A stretch of 64,000 nt of DNA from Octopus bimaculoides. Its lineage: Eukaryota. The stretch is from NCBI RefSeq assembly GCF_001194135.2, contig NC_068989.1, positions 52,478,872 through 52,542,871 of the forward strand, in the 5' to 3' direction. A program made the position numbers and the translations under genes. Below are positions 11,998 to 25,486 of this stretch, one piece after another (positions within the stretch are counted from its first letter, which is position 1; every line of letters begins with the position of its first letter). Under the pieces are notes generated by a model. It saw only the letters and a list, made by a program, of their open reading frames with translations, was not told the DNA's origin and searched no databases.

Positions 11998-13623
11998 TGT
12001 GTGTGTGTGTGTGTGTGTCTGTGTGTATACATATGTATGTGTGTGTGTGTATATACATATATACATATATATATATGTGTGCGTGTGTGTGTATGTGTCT
12101 ACGTAAACCAAAAATGATATATGTTATAGGCAAGTGAGTATTACTTGCATATTCTAGGCATCATTTAATAGATTAGGTGCCTATGTAGTTGTGAAATAGA
12201 TATAGATACCATTCCACCATTCCTGCCCCACCATCTTCAAACAAACTTAAAACAGGCACAAAGATACATAGATACATACACACATCAAAAGAACCCAGAG
12301 ACACACGTGCAAATGTGTGTATCTGTTGGTGTATGCGTATATAGGTGCTGTCTGTGCGACATTTGGGTGTTGATATATTGATATATAATTTAACTCAAAT
12401 TCAAATTGTTTTGTTTCCGAATGTCTTTTTCACATCAACTTTGAAGGTACTGAAAATATTCGCATCGGTTGTTTGTTCCATTTTCCTCCTTTGTTTGTTT
12501 GTTTGTTTTATGTTTTTTTTTACTTCAGTCATTGCGGTACGTTCATACTAGTGCAACGTTCTACAGAGTTTAGTCGATCAAAACTACTTCAATACTCATA
12601 TTTGTATTTGTCATTTATATTTTGGCTATCTTGCAGTGAGATCAAACCTTAAAAACAACTGATTGCTAAGCAATCTTCCTTAATGTCAATATATTTATGA
12701 TTCATATGTAAAAATAAAACTACCGAATAAAAAATATGCGTGCAAAATGGAAATATTTCCTAAACATCTGTTTATTGATATGTTTTCGGTTCGGTGGTGT
12801 GCTTTTATGAAATAATGCCTCATTAGTTTCTTGAATTAAATAGAGTTTCGCGGGAACTCTTTTTTAGACTCGGTGTTAGTGGTTCGCTTTAAGCTTACTA
12901 TTCAAGTAATGTGCTGTATTTGAAATCAGTTCACAGAGAGCTGCAAGTCATATCATAAACTATATTGTCTAACTGTATCAATTCCACCAATTAACCGCCC
13001 TGCGACTCTGCTTTACGTAGCAACCCAGCAATAGATATATGGCGAACTTGACTTCGATGGAATTTCACCTCAGAGCGCAGACATTGGATACAAAGACATG
13101 TGGCCTTCGATTTCGTCCTCAAAAGCCTCTTCCAATCAATAACTGTAGTCCATTTATATGTTTATATGTTTAAAGAGTAACCTCAGAGATTTGCCAATTC
13201 TGAATTTTTCAAGCATTCTTAGAATTATCGATAATAGTGTCATGTTTCATTTTTTTAATCTTTTAGCCAGGAGCAAATTAAATATGCAAGACTAATTACA
13301 GAGACGCCAAGCTTGGTGGGAAGAAGGTATTGGGCTGGTCCCAATGCTTGCAAGAAAGTTGATGCCGCTAAAGTCAATTCATGGCAGATAGTGTTAAGTC
13401 GAAAGAAAGTTTAAACCTAGCATCCAGGCATAACATAACGGGATTTCAATTCACGGTGAAGAAACAGTACAGGATCTGCTAAGCGTTGTCAGAATCTGTA
13501 ACATCTCTACCAAAATCATCATCTACATTGTAGTTCAATTAAATAATTATTTTAAAAGTAACTTCGAAATTCTGACAAATTTTAATTTTCAATCAGTGTT
13601 AGAAAAACGATATGTATATATAT

Positions 13624-13817
13624 TGCCCAAGGGGAAGGCAAAAGCCTATAAAGCTTAGCACCAGGGAAGTCGCAACTCATTTTTAACGCTGAGGGAACAG
13701 GACCAAAGTGCAATAAAGTGTCTTGCTGAAGACACAACACACAGCCCGATCCGCGAATAGATTTCACAACCTCAAGCTTGAAAACCGGCGGTCTAACCAC
13801 TGTGCCATACGCCTTCA
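13624..13817 (-). mobile_element. SINE (head/core A + partial tail Y)
   Basis: Minus strand TGAAGGCGTATGGCACAGTGGTTAG head and TTGTGTCTTCAGCAAGACACTTT core. Confidence 0.75.
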
Positions 13818-13992
13818 ATTCTCTCAGCTACCAAAAATGAATAGTACCTGTATTTCAAAGGGCCACCCTTGTCACATTCTGTGTCACGCTGAATCTCCCT
13901 GAGGACATTATGAAGTGCTCAACCAGTTACATGTTAATTTCATGAGTAGGCTGATCCGCTGATCGGATCAACTGGAAATCTTGTCGTCGTAA
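13818..13992 (+). mobile_element. SINE 3' half (tail X)
   Basis: TGTATTTCAAAGGGCCACCCTTGTCACATTCTGTGTCACGCTGAATCTCCCTGAG...GTCGTCGTAA matches the 7445-7615 region. Confidence 0.75.
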
Positions 13993-14009
13993 GTATATAT
14001 ATATATATA

Positions 14010-14345
14010 GCCTGGGAGATATATTATGGTAATGAAATAGTAGTTTTAACTACTATTTCTAATGTCGGTGTGTGGTGAAGCAATTTTTCCTGAACTTTAA
14101 TTTTAATTATGTTTATCATTATAAAATGTTTGTATAACTTTACCGATAATGGTTTTTTAACTCACCGATCTACTTGGTACAATTACTAATTATTAATTAA
14201 TTATTAATTTTTACCCTATGTATGTATGTATGTACGTACGTATGTGTGTGTGTGTGTGTGTGTGTATGGGTGTGGTAACTTTCTGAAACATGGATAATTT
14301 GGTACTAAAATTTTCTACATACACCTCTCAGATTATATCGGAATT
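14010..14345 (+). mobile_element. Possible Helitron/Helentron-associated (HINE/DINE-1-like) non-autonomous fragment
   Basis: 11-bp hairpin AAATAGTAGTT-TT-AACTACTATTT (14035-14058); TTTTTACCC followed by a (GTAT)/(GT) microsatellite and GTAACTTT...AATTTGGTAC, resembling DINE-1 architecture. Confidence 0.3.
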
Positions 14346-14346
14346 T

Positions 14347-14603
14347 GTAGATTGACAAATTTATTTTTTGAACCAGTTGAAGACACGCGAGATGTCGAAA
14401 TGTTCCCAAGATAACAAATGGCACTCTTCTTTTAATTTTGACTCTATATCTTCAGGAGGAGTTACCTCAATCCTTTCTATATTAACTAAAATGAAGTAGA
14501 TTGACAAATTTATTTTTTGAACCAGTTGAAGACACGCCAGATGTCGAAATATTGTTCCCAAGATAACAAATGGCACTCTTCTTTTAATTTTGACTCTATA
14601 TCT

Positions 14604-14604
<1 letters not shown>
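14347..14604 (+). repeat. Local direct duplication of about 106-109 bp (14347-14452 and 14496-14604)
   Basis: Near-identical copies with a period of 149 bp; they differ by 2 substitutions and a 3-nt indel. Confidence 0.92.
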
Positions 14605-14636
<32 letters not shown>

Positions 14637-14645
14637 TATTATTAT

Positions 14646-14713
<68 letters not shown>

Positions 14714-14756
14714 GGTAGTGAAGTGAAAGCACGTTATAAAAATAAAACTACTGAAC

Positions 14757-14834
<78 letters not shown>
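14605..14834 (+). repeat. (TAA)n array interrupted by a 44-bp LINE 3' tip (14713-14756)
   Basis: CGGTAGTGAAGTGAAAGCACGTTATAAAAATAAAACTACTGAAC is identical to 62431-62474. Confidence 0.93.
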
Positions 14835-14835
<1 letters not shown>

Positions 14836-16278
14836 GGGACATCGGTATGGAATTTGGGATTACCAAATGTTCAGTACTTAATAGGAAAAGAAGGAAGAAA
14901 GCAGCCTGCAGAGAATTGCGGTTACCATCAGGAGAAACCATGGGTTAGCCCGGCGGTAGTGGATATAGATATTTAGGGATTTTGAAGCTGGATGACATTC
15001 TACGCAGAGAAATGAAAGTCAAGGTCAGCGCGGTGTATCAAAAACGAGTGAAGATGGTGTTGAAATCTAACCTGAATGCCAAAAATTTGATTACCGCGAT
15101 GAATATCTGGGCAGTTGCGGTGGCCAGGTATAGTGCGTCCATCCTCAAATACACTAAGTAGGAAATATCAACACTGGATAGAAGGACGAGAATGTTGATG
15201 ACGCTGCATGGGGTTCTACACCCTAAAGCAAACGTAAAAAAGACTATATGAAAAGAAAGAATGGTGACAGAGGACGAATTAATATCGACATTTTATAAGG
15301 AGTGAAAGGGGAACGCTTGCCGAGTATTTGATAAATAGTGATGAATATGCCGCGAAAGATGTAAAGGGTGTAAATGCAGATGAAATGATGGGCAAGGAAG
15401 AGTTTCACCAATGAGCTGAAAAGAAGAAAAAAGAAGACCTTCTTGAAATGAGAATGAATGAAGAGTTTGAAAGGAATACACAGGACCTGAAGGATAATAC
15501 AGCATCGTGGGCATGGCTTGAGCGAAATGATTTGAAGCGAACCACCGAAAGCCAAATCATTGCTGCACAAGACCAGGCTCTCGCTGCCAATTTAGTGAAG
15601 CATAACATCTATGAAATTACTAACACCCAGAAATACAGAATGTGGAAAGAGTGTGGAAAATGTGACTCACTTGGTAAGTGGATGTGAGAGCCATGCACAA
15701 AAAGAATACAAGCACCGCCACGATAAAATGTATGTGTATCTTCATTGGCTCTTATGCCGTAAATACCAATATGAAGTAACAGAGAACTGGTATGAGCATG
15801 TACCAAGTAAAGTTATGCAGGAGAATCGCAAAGAAACATTACTCTGGGACTATGATTTTCAGACGGATCGTGTAATCGAACACCGTCGTCCGGATATTGT
15901 CATATTGAATAAGAGACAAATACTGTCAGATAATTGCTGTAGCCATACCAAATTACATGAATGTTGTGAGTAAAGAGGTTGACGAAAATCACCAAGTACT
16001 CCGAATTGAAAGAGGAAATGGCAAGACTGTATGGAATGCGAGAGGGTAATGTAAAAGTGATACAAGTGGTGATCGGAGCGTTGGGCTCAATCCCAACGAA
16101 ACTTCAAGACTTCTTAATGCTACTGGAAATCCCATGCAGGATTGATGTCTTGCAAAAAGCAGCCTTATTGGGCACCACGCACATCTTAAGGAAAGTATTA
16201 TCTGTCTGAGGTCCTTGTTGTGACTTGACAGATGACTAAAGACTCCGGTGCATTTTTACCTACAATGTGTTACGAAGG
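14835..16278 (+). mobile_element. 5'-truncated R4/Dong-clade non-LTR retrotransposon (RT C-terminal part + zinc knuckle + restriction-like endonuclease + 3' UTR)
   Basis: Frameshifted translation DIGMEFGITKC...YRYLGIL...RLYMKRKNGDRG...KECGKSVENVTHLVSGC...RHD...WDYDFQTDRVIEHRRPDIV...KITKY...VVIGALG...LQKAALLGTTHILRKVLSV* (stop 16207-16209). Flanked on both sides by (TAA)n. Confidence 0.9.
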
Positions 16279-16406
<128 letters not shown>

Positions 16407-17612
16407 TAGTAGTAGTAGTAGTATGCAGACTTGTACATCCTCTATTTTTATTTTACAGTTATATAGAGCAAATCACAATGACCTACACGTTTCTACTGCA
16501 GCAACTGCACATTGTTGCAGATGCAGCCTTCCAATATTATCAATGCAGTTTCATCAGGGTCCGTGCATTTGGTCTTACGCGAAGAAATCTTATACTGGTT
16601 AGTATTCTGTAGAATGCATTGATATTGCTATTTATAGTCATAAGAATCTGACCAAGAGCTCACATCTGCTGTTGATGGAGGTTTGGGGCCTGGTCGTAAA
16701 ACATGTCAAGGGTGGGGTTGTTATATATAAACTATAGTAACGACCCTCCTTTCTTTCTAGATCTGAAACTATTAAGGACCCCAATAATCGCTTACTACTT
16801 CTTCTCCATACTGCATTCCAAGTAGGCTGTCTCATGCTTCTTCACACTCACCAGCCTCTGGCGTATAAGACGTTTTTGCTCTATTCTACCTCGATGATAA
16901 TCACCCTTTCTTGTTTTGTTTAAATAAATCAAATTACAAAGTCTCCAGTCTAACACTAATACCATCTATCTCACTTGCCTTGGCAGACCTGTGAAGGTCT
17001 GAGAATTCCTACTCATGGCAAACTCAAGAGAATAATAGCAAATCTAGTAATAACAAAAATCTTAGGAAGATATGAAGAAGACTGAATTAAATTTATCATT
17101 ATTATTATTATTTCGAGCAAAAATACTCATTGACCTTTGAACAACTTGATAAGAAATTTTAAAATGGTATTAACTGAATTGATGAATCAATAAAAAATTG
17201 TTTTGATTGGAATATATATACTTCATAAGATTAGGAAAGGCAGCAGCTGGTGTAATTAAACCAAAAGTATACATAAGTAGAGACTGACTCCAAGAATATT
17301 CGTTTTAATGAATTCGTAGAGATAATCATACATACATTCATATATCTGCGTGTGTATGTATATAAATAGATATGTATGTGAGCATACATAATGTAATTTA
17401 ATACATAAATGTAATTACATATATATTTGTAAAATATAATTACACATATAAGCTCGTGTGTGAATGTGTGTGTGTGTGTGTGTAATTAATCGTTTTTGTC
17501 TTTTACTACTTGACAACTGATGTTAGATTCCATCTTGGTAACTTAACGGTTCGGCAAAAGGCAATACAACAGAACAAGTGCTGTATGTGTGTGTGTGTGT
17601 GTGTATGTATGC

Positions 17613-17657
<45 letters not shown>

Positions 17658-17769
17658 CATGGGAATATAGCGGGATACCTTATCCAAACGGACATCCTGG
17701 TGGCTCACAGTAATAAACAAAATATGGTGTACAGAATTGTAAAATAAAAGAAATCAATTTTGAGAATGT

Positions 17770-19802
17770 ACAAGTTTGCATATTCTATATCGTTATAATG
17801 CCAAAAAACAGGTGGTATTTTTAACATTTTCAGCTGGCATAGGAATGGGGTTTGCCCAAAAGAAATGTTCATATTTGTTTGGTGAACAGGAAAAATCAAT
17901 CTCACAGACCGAAAATCTGTGCATCGGTGATCGCACTTTATACTCTTTCCCACAGAAAGAATTCTGCAACTACTTAGGTATTGATGAAAATGTAAACGAA
18001 AGTAATGTGAATAAAGATAGAGTGACCCGGGAATATTATGCCAGACTTAGAATATTATGGCAGTTGGAACTCATCTCTTGTAACAAAATATCTCACAATA
18101 CATTTGCAGTACCGGTACTGATTCCAACATTTGGAACTGGACTGGTCTGTAGACGAAATCCACTCCACAGCCGTAAAAATCCGTGAGATACTGACATCAG
18201 CTGGAAATTCTCCTCAAGGCTAGTGATATCGACAGGTTGCACTGATGAAGAGAAATGGAAGTAGAGGTATGGGATCAGTACAGACAGCCTATGAATGTCA
18301 TATGTTCTCTCATAGATACCACTTCCTGAAACGACCACACCAAAAATAAATACATACACTTAGTGCTCAAAAGTGAAGAGAACAATATCCTACGTGCCAG
18401 CAGCGATATGCTCTTGAAGCACTCTTTACCTAATGACCTCCAACAACTTCAAAACAGCCGGATTAACATACGTCAAAGAAGTCTTGGTTGTGAAACACTC
18501 AGTTGTTGGCACTCCGTCGCTTACGACGTCGAGGGTTCCAGTTGATCCGATCAACGGAACAGCCTGCTCGTGAAATTAACGTGCAAGTGGATGAGCACTC
18601 CACAGACACGTAGTTCTCGGAAATATTCAGCGTGACACAGTGGGTGACAAGCCTGGCCCTTTGAATTACAAGCACAACAGAAATAGGAAGTAAGAGTGAG
18701 AGAAAGTTGTGGTGAAAGAGTACAGCAGTGTTCGCCACCATCCTCTGTCGGAGCTCGTGGAGCTTTTAGGTGTTTTCGCTCAATAAACACTCACAACGCC
18801 CGGTCTGGGAATCGAAACCGCGATCCTATGACCGCGAGTCCACTGCCCTAACCACTGCGCCATTGCACCTCCGAAACACTCAGTATCTCAAAGACATATA
18901 TGCGTTTGTATGTTTCCCGATGATATTAGTAGAAGACAATAATATTGAGATTACACGAAGCTTCTCGTGGACTCGTGATTGCTATATCTTATCACAATTC
19001 GAGGGCTATGCATTTGCAATTCCAAAACAGGAGTTTGCTACTAAATACCTAATCAACAAAAGAGACAGTGAATCCCTTGGAGTCCCAACATGCAATTAAA
19101 AATGTACTTATGTCATATTTCTATGGAAGACATCGCACATGTGATTGGCAAAAGCCCAGAAATTTCATCAATGTACTACTTCCCAATGCGACAGGACATT
19201 GTCGGAAAAAACAATATACAATGTCACCCGGAAAGAAGACTGTCTTGGAATAAATATGGAGAAACCCTCTGTTATTGGATACGTGCAAAAACACCAACAC
19301 AAAGTATATTGGAATATTCCCATCAAAATATCTGTCAAAATAAGCAAAACAAGCCGCATATTGTGGTTTAGGATAGACAAAGAAAAAAAAGATGAATGTA
19401 CCGTCATAGAGGTCTGTTCTCCTTCTGATTAGAATATCTCTTTGAAAATCAAAGAACAATAGAATAGCTATGGACAGCTATTTTGAAACCTCCAGCTTCT
19501 ATATCAAGATGAAAAAAAAATACATATATAACAATAATAATAGGCCAACTTAGTGGTGTAAGTAAATGCCTAGCTGATAGTTTGGATAAGCTTGGATTTC
19601 TAGAAAACGAAATCAACCAGCAAGGTCGCACATTACAAATATTATGTGTAAGCGAACAATAATAATATCCAAGATCTTTCTCAAGTTTAAAGTGTGACAT
19701 TGTTTACGTTATCTAGATTGCAAAGATAAAGCTTTGTAAATTTATTAGGAATCAGCTCCTTCCAGGGAGGAACACTTTAAAAAGTTATAAACAGAAGCGA
19801 AC
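17770..19802 (+). mobile_element. Second, divergent R4/Dong-clade LINE remnant, interrupted by a SINE
   Basis: GIGMGFAQKKC...NYLGIDEN...NTFAVPVLIPTFG (17800-18140); FEGYAFAIPKQEFATKYL...KCTLCHISMEDIAHVI...YWNIPIK...KPHIVV...VIEVCSP (18990-19430); C-terminus SKIFLKFKV* (about 19695); then a 3' UTR and (ACAT)n. Confidence 0.8.
18504..18872 (-). mobile_element. Full-length tRNA-derived SINE (head/core B + tail X) with 12-bp TSD
   Basis: TSD GAAACACTCAGT at 18492-18503 and 18873-18884; head GGAGGTGCAATGGCGCAGTGGTTAG...GGTTTCGATTCCC. Confidence 0.92.
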
Positions 19803-20294
19803 GTACACATACATACATACATACATACATAAAGAATCTAAGTCAAAGAAAGATTTTATTACATTTCTAATGACCAGTTACAATTGTTTCCGCACGAAGT
19901 CTGTATTCAATGCATGTTTACGCAAAAGTTCGAAATGAAAATTTACATAAAAATTCCGGTTTTAAGCATTAGAGTGGCACTTTTTCAGACCTGTATCAAA
20001 GATGCGTTCTTGCATTGTGAGTTCGCTAGGCTCTGTACTTTTCTTATGTTGAGAGGAAACAAAACTATAAAAAAGAAAAGCAATAAAAGGAAAATAAATG
20101 GTGAAAAGACGGACGGGTTAAATGCAATAAAAATACCAAAGTAGATAAAATTATTATATATATAAAATATATAGTGTGCAGTGAATATATTGTTGTCTAA
20201 ATTACGCAAAAATGAAAATAACACTGACATCTCATTTTAACAGATATATTTGCCAAAATTACATAAAACTATCTTGAAATAATAAAGAGTAACT

Positions 20295-20905
20295 TTATTC
20301 CATAAAATTGTCATTGGCTTCGACCATGGCCTCCAGACGACTACGGAATTTCCTACAACTCTTCTGGGCGGTCTCCTTGTTTACGTTGGTGAATGCTGCC
20401 ATAATCCTTGCCTTTAGTTTAGTTTTGTGTTACAAGGAGTCTTGTTGGTCTCTCGTTCAGCTGTACCCCATACATAATAATCAAGGGGGTTGCAGTCTGG
20501 AGAGTTAGATAGCCAGATGTTAGGAGTGATGTGGTCGGAGAAATTGTCTGACAGCCATGACTGGTTTCCTCTGCTTGTGTAGCATGGTGCCAGACATAGG
20601 GTCTTTCAGCAGCCACCCTCTTGATTCAGGACCGCTCTACCTCCTCCAGTCACTTGATGTTTGACCTCCGTGTTAAATCGGAGGCGGTTTTGGAAGATGA
20701 ATGGAAGCATAACATCGCCATCATTAGTGATCACTCAAAACACGATGATATTGACTGGATGTTTGATTTTTAGCAATCTCGGTGCATATTTTGGGGACAC
20801 GGTAAGCCAATGGTTGTTCTGCGTGTTCAAAATATGTTCATATTTGAGTTTCCAGCGTGAATGTCAAGCAGTACATGTTGTTTCCAAATCTCTGGCAGAG
20901 TGAAT
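20295..20905 (-). mobile_element. DD37D-type Tc1/mariner transposase fragment (different family from 2768-4050)
   Basis: Minus-strand frames give KHPVNIIVF...RPYVW...PCYTSRGNQSWLSDNFSDHITPNIWLSNSPDCNPLDYYVWG. No TIRs seen. Confidence 0.8.
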
Positions 20906-22408
20906 AGCGTCATGGTGCTGTTTTCCTCGCAGACCGTCCCCCGCTGACCCTACTATACTGTGTAGTTGACAAAATCAAAAGCAAACAATGTGCATGCGCG
21001 AAATTTAAAATATTTAATCGCGAGAATTTAGCCATCGCAGTCTGTGTGAGTATATACACACACACACACACACGCACACACACGCACACACAAATATGCC
21101 TGTACATGTGTAGCATCTATCCATGTTTGCTTTCATGCGCTCCTATGTGCGCACGTATATATGCATCCATGTTAACATTGTTACAAGTGTCACCTCATTA
21201 AAAGTAGGATCGCTGTCATTTGTAACCTAATCCTTGCAACAGCGTTTATAAATACATTGCCTTATATAACGTTTGGTAAAATCTTGTGTTTGCTTCAAAG
21301 ATTTTAGAGTTTTCCATGTCTCCCAAATATTAAGGAATGTGTTATTAACGCTAATGTTAACAGGAAACTAGCTGTTGTCGTCGTCGTTGTTGTGGCTATT
21401 GCCGTTGTCTCTGTAATCTTCGTTCGCATTAGTATTAATTGTCCTCAGTCATGATCAAAGGTATTTCAGCTTTGACCGTTCCCAGAAAGTGAATCTAGAA
21501 GCACTTAATGTAATGTAGAGCGGCAGAATGTGATTTGAGGCTTTTGAAGGCTGTTATTTCTATGAAGACGAGAGACTACTTTATATTTTTATCCCATTGG
21601 ATTTCAGAACTATTGGATAATACAACAATCAAAATTTTCGTATTTCAAGGGTATGCACATTTTATTAATAGGAATTATGGTGCTTTCGATTCACTAACAT
21701 ATCAACGTAAATTTGTGGTTTTGAGTGTGTATGGGTGGCAAAAACATTTAAGTTAAGTCAAAGGACTCTTGATTAATTTCAAGTTAGCACTGATCTAGAA
21801 AACTTATGATAAAAATATACAGCAACCAAATCTGTTCCTTCATTTTGAGGATTATAGAAAACTAGATATGTTTGAGGGTGGGATTTGAGGGATATTTAAC
21901 GTGTCTGTTTTGTAGTGCTGGTGTGTATGTATTCACAGCTAAATGAACTCTGTTCCTTTCAGGTTAAAAATATTCTATAATTATGGTCATGTGATAGATG
22001 CTGCCAAAACTTCAATTGGTGAAAGATTGATTTTTCGCTATACTATATTTACGCATATATTTACGCATATATTTATGCATATATTTGAAAAATATAAATA
22101 ATTTATAACGGAAGGACAATTTTGAAAAAAATAAGTAGTATCTGTTAACATATATTGTATAGGTTATCATCTAGGTATTCTTAATATCATCACGCAGAGA
22201 GATATAAGATTTACTGAATAAACAATATAATTATCAAGACAAATACAGTGAATGACTGATATGATTTTCACCTGATTCTGATATTTGTCAAATATAGCGA
22301 ATTATGAGTGAAACATGCTGGGTTCTACAGGAATTGTTAGAGGTTCTATATCCGGAGTTCGTGGGGCTTGCCAGCATTAGCTTTCCCTCCTTCTCCATCA
22401 TTATCATC

Positions 22409-22579
22409 TTCTTCTTCTTCTTCTTCTTCTTCTTCTTCTTCTTCTTCTTCTTCTTCTTCTTCTTCTTCTACTACTACTGCTGCTGCTGCTGCTGCTACTA
22501 CTACTACTACTACTGCTACTACTACTACTACTACTACTATTACGACGACGACTACTACTACTACTACTACTACTACTAT

Positions 22580-22640
<61 letters not shown>
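22409..22640 (+). repeat. Compound (TTC)n(CTA)n(CTG)n(CTA)n microsatellite
   Basis: Direct reading. Confidence 0.95.
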
Positions 22641-22641
<1 letters not shown>

Positions 22642-25486
22642 GTTCCTTTTGTTCATTCTAAAACTATAAAACTACTATCATTATAATTATTATTTTCCTT
22701 TTAATCTGCGTCTTTGATACAATCCGATACCGAGTCATAGCCAACGGCCAAGGGTTAGAGGATGTTGAGATGTGATTGAAGGTTTGGAGAATGAAATTGA
22801 GAAAGACGCTACAGAAATATATTCATATAATACAACACAACGTGATGCATTTCATTAATTTCATTTATTAACAACAAGTAGAGCAACAACAACCGTGCCT
22901 TCGAAACCATTACAACTCGAAGTAGTTCTACCATCTTTTCCACACCACGTCTAACAATATTGCTGCTGTCGCATTCGCTGTGGCTCCTGAGCATATATAT
23001 GAGATATTCTTATCTAGTCGTCTCTCATGATCGGCCACAGAATTGCAGTGTTTTTCCGAAAATTCTTAGATCTTACTGACGCCAGCCTTCTTCGTGTGTT
23101 TCAACAGTGGCTCCACGGCAGTTTTTATATACAACCCTAGACCGTTTTCCTCTCCTTCGGTACTTATTATTATTATTATTATTATTTCTTTTAATTTCGT
23201 TTCTATTTCTTTCCGAGTGCTCACACTCATCTTTTTCTATTTTTTGCTTCTTTCTATCCAGTTCCTTCTCGTTCCTCGTTTTTAGTCGTCAGTGCAAGAA
23301 GTTCACTAAAGAAACGTCCTACGCAGTCAAAACGCTATTATGTTTTCCTTAAATGGTATAAATAACTAATCAGTTGTTGCTTCGCAATTAAATTTTCAAT
23401 TAATCTAATTTCCCAATTATATTCGGTACTTATTATATTTCTCTATGACAAGCTAGTCGCTGCTCGTTATAATGCAAAAAGAAAATTTTGCACCCGCTTA
23501 TTAAGCCTAATAAACATACGCGCTAGAAGTCGCCACCGTGCTTTTTCGCTCAAATAAGAACGTAAGCTAAATGCTAGTATTTCCCTAATGATCGCATTTA
23601 ACTCTTGTTTGATTAATTCCGAAGTTGAAAACATTACAAATAATCAATCCATCATTGTAAACCTACTTAGTGTTGATTGAAAACGTCGTTCAGATATTTA
23701 CAAAACAATGACAATTGAAAGTTTGTAATTCACTCAATGTATTTAAACTTCCCCCTTAGACATCTCCGAATAACCATTAACAATTGATTGCTCTTTTCAT
23801 TTACTTCTTTCAAATAATCGTATGTTGTAGGCAACGTTTGAATGTCAACAAAAAGATTTTGTCGTATAATCTGAATGTTTACATCGGACTTTTTTTATAT
23901 CATGTACTAAAATCATTCACCAACATATTGACTGACCATTCTAGCAATTCCCCTTTCCTATTTTGTTTGTTTTGGCTATTTCCCAAAATTGTAGTCATTA
24001 TATAAATTGTTGTACCTAAAATAGACTGATGGATTCTTTTATTTCCACCAGAGCAAGGAAAGATAAAAGATCTATCATGTTTTCATGTCATCAATGTTAG
24101 TGACATCAATGTACTGAACTTCTTTTGGCTCTCAACACTATACTCAAGCTGGTATCACTGGTGCAGATACCCAGTGAATCATTTGCCTAGCAGATCACCT
24201 TGCTCCAGTGACTCACTATCCTCACCAACCTGATATCTGATCAAAACAAAGGCTCTTCTTGTGCCATTTAACTTCTTTCTAACCTCCAAATCAATCTTCT
24301 ATCCAACCATTAATTTTCGGCTCTCAACATCTAATCGCTTATAATGAAAGTAACATACATCACAGCCTTCTAGCACACAACAACATCTGCTTTGAGTAAA
24401 AGTCGCAATGTTGCTAATTAATCAAGATTCCACCTGACAATTCTGGGGAGTGAATGTGCTTTACCTATGATACCTTTGGAACCCTTAAATAACATTTCTG
24501 TTTTAAAAGGGTCCTTTTTCTAAATATTGTAGGTTTTTTTTTTTCACTTTCTCACGGCGAACCATTTCACGTTTCAACTTTTTATGCATTTCCAATAAAG
24601 AAGCGCAAAACAGATACCACCCCTCCGAATAATACATTTACATACATTCAGGTACAGCTGCAGAGACTTTGTATAGGCGACGAATGTAGCTTACAACACA
24701 TAAAGGAAGGCTCACTTCATCACCAACTCGAACATTTTATTAACCATATTACTGTCTACAAGTTAATATATTAAAGCAATCTACATCTAAGGAATATCAG
24801 CTTAATCCCGCCCTACTGTCCTAAGAAAAGAACGCATTCTATATCTTGGTATTAGATACATTATTTCTGCAGCGTGCCGATGGTGACAGCTATAACAACA
24901 TTTGATCAAAGATCTGCATCAATGCAGTGCTGAGGCTAAACCGCAAGAACAAGGTTTAAATGAAACATTTGAAAATGATGATTTTTCTTTACCACTTTAA
25001 TACATGTTCCTTTCATAGTGACCTGCAACGAAGTTTCTACAAAGCTAAACATTTTAAAGACGTTCTATCTTACACCACATACCAATGATTTTTTTAAAAT
25101 TTAAACATCTTCAGAGAAAACAGTATTGCTTTTCATCTCAAATGCAAAATTTTTGATAGTTTCAGGCACGCAAACTTCCTAGTTACTCTCTCTCCCATCT
25201 GTTACTTCGGAATTTTCCTGTTAGACACACAAATACCAGCGTAAGCTAACAAACGTCTTTTATCGATAGTTTTAATCTGACAGTTTGTATTTTAAATGAA
25301 ATAAAGGAAATAAAGTCCTACATGTTTTGTATAGCACAACTATTCTTTCGGAAATTACTTATCATCCGTAATCTTCTAAACATATGCACAGAGGTATAAC
25401 CTTCATTCAGCCTAGATATTTCTGCTAAGAATAGAGTGCTTCTATGAAAAGGAAGCTCAGAAACATCTCCAATGAGGACATACATT

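Noticed and set aside
23890-24390. Complex-looking segment possibly coding
   Set aside because: Stops occur in the frames I translated and there is no recognisable motif; probably a decayed repeat.
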